Under the pieces are notes generated by a model. It did not search any database and was not told where the DNA came from. It saw only the letters and a list, made by a program, of their open reading frames with translations. Below are positions 56,692 through 64,000 of a stretch of 64,000 nucleotides of DNA, piece after piece. The translations under genes were made by a program, and so were the position numbers. The stretch lies in contig JBLDXI010000033.1 in NCBI GenBank assembly GCA_047495785.1, forward strand, positions 1 to 64,000, written 5' to 3'. Origin of the DNA: Lepidodermella squamata. Lineage: Eukaryota > Animalia > Gastrotricha. The first letter of the stretch is position 1. Every line of letters starts with the position of its first letter.

Positions 56692-59600
56692 TTCAAAGCT
56701 CTAATGCTTTTGATGACGCCATCGGGTCGGCAAACTTATTCAACCAAAAGCTATTAGCCAGCTTCAGCGATCGCAGTGTCTCAAGACGCGACCGTCTACA
56801 ACAGGGCACATGTTAAGAGTGCCAAGATTGTTCTTGGGCGCTGATAGCTCTGCACGGCTCAATAATGTAGGTATACATTGTTCATTCAAAAAACTGTCCA
56901 TGTTCTGAAGTTTTCAATGTACAAAGGAGACTCAATACACGTGTCCCAAGCTGCAGCTTCTCCAATTAAAAAATACCCGTGCACCCTCAAAACGACTGCT
57001 ATTCCACTTCATTCACCATAGCGTAATTTTTTCAGGTCAGCAGGACGTGCGCAGTTTAGGAAAGGCCCCCAACTTTGTTAATTGAAAAATTGCGGAAATC
57101 CAAGCGCGAGGTAGTCAGAGCTCTTATTTACCCCTCAAACTGCCTATAAGTGGGCCGTACTTGTCACTTTCCCGCGGTACTATGAGAATAGCTTTTCCTG
57201 ACTTTTCCTCTCATTTGTGTGCTCGCTTGTCAAAAAATCGTCAAGTTCGTTATAAAGCATCTGATGTGACATCATCGCCTAGAAGCAAAATGGACGACTG
57301 ACGAATTCGTCTAAACGTGCTTTTTTACTAAATGTGACGTTAAAATAATAATGCAATAAGGCCATCCTTTAGTTATGAATAGCAACGCGTTCAGTTTTGA
57401 GGTTTGAAATCCGCGGAACGTGCAGAGCTGTCTCATTGTCATGCAAACGCATGCTAAGGGTGAAATGAGGTTTTGCTTCGCCGCATGCTTCGCCGCATGC
57501 TTCATCAAAAATAAGCTATTAGGGCAAAGCTCTAAATGGCTAAGAACCACATAATTACAAGCTCCCTTTGTCGGATTTAAGTCATTTCCCAAAGCCGTAC
57601 ACTATTTCAAGCGATAAGAAACACTACCAGTGGGTTATATCAGAAGAAATGTCGGAATTAGGGTCAGTTTCAGCGGAAAATTCGACTTCAGAACAGCTCT
57701 ACGATGATTATGATTTTTTGGCGGCAAGGCGCTTGAGAACATTTTCGACTTTGAATGAAACGGAATTACCGTATTTCTCGAATATTTACCACTGCTATAT
57801 TATTTATGAGTGAATGATTTTTTATTCGGGTTGTATAAATGAGTGGGATATAGTATACGGATGTACTATAATTGCGAATAATCACTAAAAGCCGTGAGCA
57901 ATTCATATCAAGACGACGCGTTTGGATTATTTTATTTGTCGATTCATTGAAAAAGGGAAAAAGTTAAGTTTTGCCTACAAACAAAAACAATCATCATTGC
58001 AATCATTGCGATAGCGATTGCGATAATCAGTGATTAGGGTCATGCGTTATTATTTAGGCATTCAATTTTTTTCAACGCGTGCATCGCTAGAATTAAAGTA
58101 GCTGTGTGTCAATTTCGAGGCTAGGGTTAATTATGAACTAATGATTTTTTCGTCGGGTTGTCTTAGGTAGCGGGGATACATCGTTAACAGCGGCCAAAAC
58201 AACCACAAAGATGACTCATTCAATCGTACTTCTAGCCACATAGCGTAATGGTGAAGTACGTTAGGCTTTTTGAGCACCGATTTTTTCATCTATCGAACGA
58301 ACTTTCCTCATAAAATCTGTAAAAAGTAAAGTGGTTGTTTTGGCGCGTCGCAAACGATATACTTTCTAGAAATACGGTATTTACTATTTCGATACCACCA
58401 GCTCGGAAACCAGCGGCAACGTTGCTAGCACAAAATTGAGTGAGGCCACTAAAGAGGTGTTTCAATAAGCTGCTTCAGGAAGACCGGAACATTTTTCAGA
58501 TCTGTCAAGCCCCTGAATCTATTGCGCCGCATTACCGCTCCCCAGCCCTCTTTAGATGGAACATGATAGATCAATTAAATGGAGCATGTCCGTTAAGACA
58601 GGTGGAAATCGAATTAGCTCGCTCGGTGTTTTGCTCCACAACTTACTCACAAACCTCATACGTCAGGTGAGATCCGTGACCATCCCAAAGGACAAAACCC
58701 TCATCCTTGACTTAATACTTGGAGACTTGGGGGTTTTGACCCGGACCCCGGACCCAGGTCGGTGAAGCTGCGGGGACTCGAAAAAGTCGACGTTTTCTAT
58801 GCAGATTTAGGCTGCGATAAAGGTTAAGATGTGAAACTATCCATCCTCTAATGTTGTCAAAATCGCGGTGCAAAGGTCAACATCTGCAAAGTAAACAAAA
58901 ACGCGTGCCTAGACCAAAGAATTTAATAAGGTCATTTTTCTCTCATTTCTACGAAAATTGTCTCGTCCAAAATGAATGAAAATGATACGCCTGTAATTTT
59001 TGCTGGCTTTCAAATGAATCAAAGCTCATCGCGCACCAAAATAGAGAAGACGCGCTATTGCTAGACAAAAGCGGTCGGAAACTTTTGAAATTGAAATTGT
59101 TTGACATTTGCCGGGACGGTAAATTTCAAAATTAGAAAAATTATAAATAAATTTAGGTGCGCCTAATTCGCCAGCAGAGTTCCAAATGTTCTCACTATCT
59201 AACTGGCCTAAGCTCCGATATTTCTCCTGATTTTTTTCAGTTTTGGCATCATAGGTTTCCCAAAACCGTGTCCATAGGACTCGTGCGAACCTTCAGGTTT
59301 CCCACGGGCTTCAAAATGACAAAATGACAAAAATAGATCCCCACTAAGAAACGAGGCATTTTTGGACCATTTTCATACCCAAAATTGAAAGAAAATTGTC
59401 AGTTTCGCTCGCGAGTGGCCTACTTACGAAGACGTTTAATGACAGCCTCACTGATTAAAGGACGGTAATGTATACAATTAATTTTTTAAAACTGATCCAT
59501 GACTTATGTCTCCTGCTATTTATTCAATCCACCTTTATTTTGGTTTGTGTTTTGTGAATAAAACATTTTTTTTTTTAATAAAAATTCGACTAAAGACATT

Positions 59601-60119
59601 CTCAGTCAGTTGATCAAGGTCCACGATGGTCTCAAAACTAGAGCGGCATTCACAAAATGTATGTGCGTACTGCATTCATACAAAACTCACCCAAATTTGG
59701 AAATGGTATAAGGGCATCAGTCAACTCGGATTCTGAATGCTCCACGGTTAACAAGTGCTATGAAGTACTTATAGGTCAGGTTATGCCATTGAAAACTCGG
59801 TTTTAGGCTGTATTCGGTGGTGAAATTATCCGACCTAAGGAGTGTTGGCTGTAGTTTGCAATGACCTCCTTAACAAGCCTAAGGCCGAGTTGTTCGGCGA
59901 TGTCAGCGAAATCTATTTGCTTTAGCGTATTTTGCAATCAACTCGAATAACTCGTATTCGTATAGACGAATCTATTTGTTCACTGAGGGCACTGAATGGG
60001 AGGGGGCCGAAACACCCCTCACTTTGGGAGGGGCTTACGGGGTGGGATGGCATGCTGCGCAGTGGACTCTAACAACTAAACTATAGAACCGAAAAAAGCT
60101 GCTCGCTCTTCGGTATGCT

Positions 60120-62808
60120 GGATTAAAGGATACTGTGAGATTGTTATATGCGACGTCCTCATTAATGATATAAAGTTACGTCTGTGTTGCACTTATAAAT
60201 CTCCTAGCGCCGATAACACTGTTACGGAAGAAATGTGTAGCTTTATTGAAGAGCATCTAACCGATACTTTGTTTGTACTAGCCGGTGACTTCAACTTTCC
60301 GGACATCAAGTGGAATAACCTCACTCACTGTGGCGGAGGGAAAGAACAAATGTTTATCAATCTTGTTAATGATATTAACTCCAGTCAACTTGCCACGGAA
60401 CCAAACGGACCTGAACATAAAAACATTCTTAATCTTATCATTACAAATAACCCTATGTCAATCAACAATATTGTTACTGACAAATCATTCGAGCCTACTG
60501 ATCATTGTACAGTTAAATTTTCTATTAATCTCAGCGGTGTTACATCTCTTAATAATGATGACAATAGATACATCGATGACTATCTCAACGCTGACTATGA
60601 CAAAATATCGAAATTACTTCTGAGTTATGATTGGGACGATCTACTATCAACGTGCAAAGATGTGAATGAACAATATGCGCTTTTCTTATCAATATATACA
60701 GATATTTGTGATAAATGCATTGTAAAAAAACTTGTCAAAAGCAAATACCGTTTACCATGGTGCAATCGCGAGCTACATAGATTAGTTAGACGGAGAGACC
60801 GAGCCTGGTCGAAGTATACTCGTTGCGGCAAGAAAAATGACGATCTAAATAAATATTGCAAAATCTCTCGTAAGACTATAGCTTTAAATAACTCTCTAAG
60901 AGAGTCATATGAAACAAAACTAGCTAACACTAACAATATGAAAAAACTGTGTAAATATGTGAATAACCATATGAAATTTAAATCTAGAATACCTTCAATA
61001 CTTGTTGACGGCGAAACTATCTGCGATCCCTTGAAAAAAGCTGAATTATTTGCGAAATTCTTCAAATCTCACTTTACTCTTGACGATGGCTGTAAATTAA
61101 ATGTACAAAACAAACCATGCGTTGTAAATGACTTATATTTCTCAGAACCCTCAATTATTGAAGCTCTTAAGAAAATAAAAATAAACTCTCCAGCTGGCCC
61201 TGATCTTATAAATCCATACTTTGTTAGCAAAACTGTAAATGCTCTAGCTAAACCTTTATCTATAATCTTTAACTCTAGCTATTCTTCTGGTTCTGTTCCA
61301 TTCTTCTGGAAATTAGCCAATGTAACGCCTGTATTTAAAAAAGGCTCACCTAATCTTGTTGACAATTATAGACCAATTAGCATTACCTCTTTACCTTGCC
61401 GTATAATGGAATCAATCATAAGAAAACAATGGATAAGAGTATTACTTTATGAAAAAATAATATCCTACGAGCAGTTTGGTTTTATATCTGAAAAATCGTG
61501 TGAAACGCAACTATTAGACTGTTTAAATAAATGGTGCGATCTTGTAGACAGAGGAATGACACTACACTGTATATACTTCGATCTTTCTAAAGCCTTCGAT
61601 ACGGTCCCACACGCTAAACTTCTCGATGTCTTAAAATCTTTTAATATTAATGAATGTTTATATAATTGGATATCATCTTTTCTAACAGGACGTAAATTTC
61701 GCGTAAAAATACATAATTGCTTCTCTGAATTGTACGATGTGACCAGCGGTGTCCCACAAGGGAGTGTCTTGGGCCCCTTGCTATTTTTATTGTATATAAA
61801 TGACCTACCTAAATATATCAAATTCAGCATTATTCGTCTATTCGCCGATGATATTAAACTATTTCCTCATACCTCCTTAACTCCTATTGATCAAAGCACC
61901 AAACGTTTTAGCTATGAATATATCCAAAGAGACGTTGATAATATTGTAAATTATCTCAAAGAACGCCAGCTTATTTTGAACCCGGACAAATGTGTTGTTT
62001 TGAAAATTAATACTACTGAATGTGTAAATATTGTAATCGGACAAAAAAATCTAGAATGTGTGGATGAAATTAAAGATCTGGGTGTTATTGTTGACAGCCG
62101 TCTGACTTTCTCCAGCCAATGTGCCAAAACTGTTGCTAAAGCTAGGAAAATATGCGGTATGATTTTACGCTCGTTCCAAACGAAGAAAACTGAAATATTA
62201 ATGAAAGCCTTTGACATTTATGTGTTACCCATCTTACTCTATTGTAGTACTGTTTGGTCTCCAAGACTAATTGGCGACCAAAAGTTATTGGAAGGTGTGC
62301 AAAAAACATTTACCTGGCGCGTGATGAAAACGCATGACTACGAAAAAAGACTTCTAAAACTTAGCCGCTTAACTATTATTCAGCGTCACTTGGTTAGAGA
62401 TATATGTGTAACTAATGATATATTGAAAGACAATGTTAATCTAGATACGAAATGTTTTTTCGATGTTAAAAAATCAAACTATGATACACGTAGCCATAAA
62501 TATTTTCTCCTGATGCGTAAATCTCATCTTGATGTGCTATTTCATTTCTTTAGCTTTAGAGTTGTAAATAATTGGAACAAATTGCCAGCCTTTATAGTAG
62601 ATATTAATGATCGACTAATCTTTAAAAACCATATAAAAAATATTATTACAAAAATATAATGTGAGTGGACAGGGCGCATATGTGTCCCTGGCTCCTGATC
62701 GACTAATATATAATTTGTTATATATAATTAACTAGTATCTATGTGATAGATACATATATATATTCATCATGTTTACGGAGCAAAATAAAACTAAACTAAA
62801 CTAAACTA
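60120..62808 (+). mobile_element. 5'-truncated CR1-group LINE with (AAACT)n tail
   Basis: Reading frame begins mid-endonuclease (CEIVICDV..CTYKSP); short 3' UTR, AATAAA and AAACT repeats at ~62783-62808. Confidence 0.88.
60233..62659 (+). CDS. LINE ORF2 (partial APE endonuclease + reverse transcriptase), 808 aa open
   Basis: AGDFNFPDI.W, TDH, NYRPIS, DLSKAFDTVPH, GVPQGSVLGPLLF, FADD, RVVNNWNKLP. Confidence 0.93.
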   Translation: MCSFIEEHLTDTLFVLAGDFNFPDIKWNNLTHCGGGKEQMFINLVNDINSSQLATEPNGPEHKNILNLIITNNPMSINNIVTDKSFEPTDHCTVKFSINLSGVTSLNNDDNRYIDDYLNADYDKISKLLLSYDWDDLLSTCKDVNEQYALFLSIYTDICDKCIVKKLVKSKYRLPWCNRELHRLVRRRDRAWSKYTRCGKKNDDLNKYCKISRKTIALNNSLRESYETKLANTNNMKKLCKYVNNHMKFKSRIPSILVDGETICDPLKKAELFAKFFKSHFTLDDGCKLNVQNKPCVVNDLYFSEPSIIEALKKIKINSPAGPDLINPYFVSKTVNALAKPLSIIFNSSYSSGSVPFFWKLANVTPVFKKGSPNLVDNYRPISITSLPCRIMESIIRKQWIRVLLYEKIISYEQFGFISEKSCETQLLDCLNKWCDLVDRGMTLHCIYFDLSKAFDTVPHAKLLDVLKSFNINECLYNWISSFLTGRKFRVKIHNCFSELYDVTSGVPQGSVLGPLLFLLYINDLPKYIKFSIIRLFADDIKLFPHTSLTPIDQSTKRFSYEYIQRDVDNIVNYLKERQLILNPDKCVVLKINTTECVNIVIGQKNLECVDEIKDLGVIVDSRLTFSSQCAKTVAKARKICGMILRSFQTKKTEILMKAFDIYVLPILLYCSTVWSPRLIGDQKLLEGVQKTFTWRVMKTHDYEKRLLKLSRLTIIQRHLVRDICVTNDILKDNVNLDTKCFFDVKKSNYDTRSHKYFLLMRKSHLDVLFHFFSFRVVNNWNKLPAFIVDINDRLIFKNHIKNIITKI

Positions 62809-63699
62809 ACAAAAACAAGTTTAGCCTCGATCCTGATTGAATGAAGGGTTGAATTATACCCATACTGCGTTTTCCAGTCTGGTTAGATGAACAATGATTA
62901 ACCCTCAAAAATGCACATTTTCACGTCATAATTTAATAACCCAGTGATTCTCAAACCCAGATTTTCCGGCCGGCAGAGGTCTGCCCATCTCCTGCATTGC
63001 GTGCGGCCGGAAGCTCTTTCGAAGGCAATAATTAAAGATATTTCCAACATGTTAGCGAATTTACAGCATGATTAGCCTCATCCGAACAAAAAATAACCAA
63101 ATTTATATGGCTATTTAAATATCCCAAATTAGGTACGTAAAATTATTCTGATCGAAAAATAATTGAAATTCACAACTTTTTTATGTACATGCCTAACATA
63201 AGATTCCCGAAATGGGACAAACTATGCAACAATTTTTCATTCATTTTTGTGTGATCTCGGCTAAATATAATAAGGCTAAATCGATAGACCACACTATCGA
63301 TTTCAGAGCCGATACTGATTTCGATTCGATTCGAGTATCGATTTTGATAATCAATGATTTTTCCGATATCAGAAGCATTGGAACCCAACATCAGATAAAA
63401 ATTATAAATTAAATAAAACTAAAATTCCAGGATTATTTGAGGCATTAAGATCGATAAAAAAGCTAATAATTGGACATTTGACATTTGAATAATTAAATAA
63501 TTGGAAATAATTGGACAAATTTAGGGCAAGAGTGCTTAAACCCTAAATCCTAAATTAGGTAGTGGCGCAACCAATTTTAGACACTTAAAAATTGGAATAA
63601 ACCCTGTTTTAAATAAGCATGAATTCCATATCGAAAGAAGTTAATAATCGATTAAATCAAGGCAAATCGTCAATTTTCCATGATGTCAATCCAACTTAC

Positions 63700-64000
63700 A
63701 TCGACTGTTTTGCCGCTCACAGACTGCATACTGCTTCGCGAGATCGAAGCCCTGGCCGAACCAGCCCCTAACGTTGCCGGCATCATCGACGACTTCCTCA
63801 ACGCAGCCGAACCGGCCGGTCCACCAGGTCGACTCGCCTGGCCACTACCCGCCCTCTGTTGGTCCTTGATCCGCTCGTGATGTCGCTCCACCAACAACGC
63901 AGCTAGGACGTAGATTTTCTTCAACAGCATCGGACTTGTTACTCGCTGCGAGACGATCAGCGCATTTGAACAGCAGTTTAGCAGCGTCGAGGAAACGCTC
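63700..64000 (-). CDS. WDR35: Internal exon of WDR35/IFT121 (IFT-A), with an apparent frameshift near 63935
   Basis: ERFLDAAKLLFKCAD.. then, one frame over, PMLLKKIYVLAALLVERHHERIK matches the recalled WDR35 segment [38 protein letters not shown] donor at 63699. Confidence 0.78.

Noticed and set aside
56700-60000. Short ORFs and possible old transposon debris
   Set aside because: No recognisable motifs or boundaries.
60060-60125. Target-site duplication of the LINE
   Set aside because: Only partial CTAACAA/CTAAACTA similarity to the tail, not adjacent to the truncation point.
62963-63012. GC-rich hairpin TTCCGGCCG..CGGCCGGAA (and the hairpin at ~60000-60022) as a ribozyme or sixth module
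   Set aside because: No HDV or hammerhead core and no other module elements could be matched.

Overview
Eukaryotic, most likely invertebrate-animal, repeat-rich DNA (AT-rich, ~45-55 bp GT-AG introns, eukaryotic tRNAs, a WDR35/IFT121-like exon). From left to right: (1) an intron-containing H2C2-DDE integrase gene (Ginger/KRBA2-SCAND3 type, 1-1507, minus). (2) Decayed MULE, PB1-ZZ and LINE fragments and a 5-member tRNA/pseudo-tRNA cluster (6.3-7.0 kb). (3) A head-to-tail array (~10.25-56.7 kb) of satellite-filled units that share one conserved, hairpin-rich junction module (5 copies). One unit carries a 10-exon, ~2,100-aa HUH-Rep + Pif1-helicase + GIY-YIG gene, i.e. a divergent Helitron-like element. 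(4) Inserted into that array, a complete 24.4-kb Polinton/Maverick endogenous virus (16946-41378; AG...CT ends, ~290-bp TIRs, 6-bp TSD TTCATG). It encodes pPolB, PLA2-integrase-chromodomain, ATPase, minor and major capsid proteins, protease and a VLTF3-like factor. It also has a 3.1-kb accordion amplifying the PLA2 domain, a TCTA motif 12-14 nt upstream of nine virion-module genes, and intron-containing cargo including a Ly6/uPAR-like gene. (5) A solo LTR packed with heat-shock elements and a 5'-truncated CR1-like LINE. All protein assignments come from motif recognition by eye; no database searches were run.
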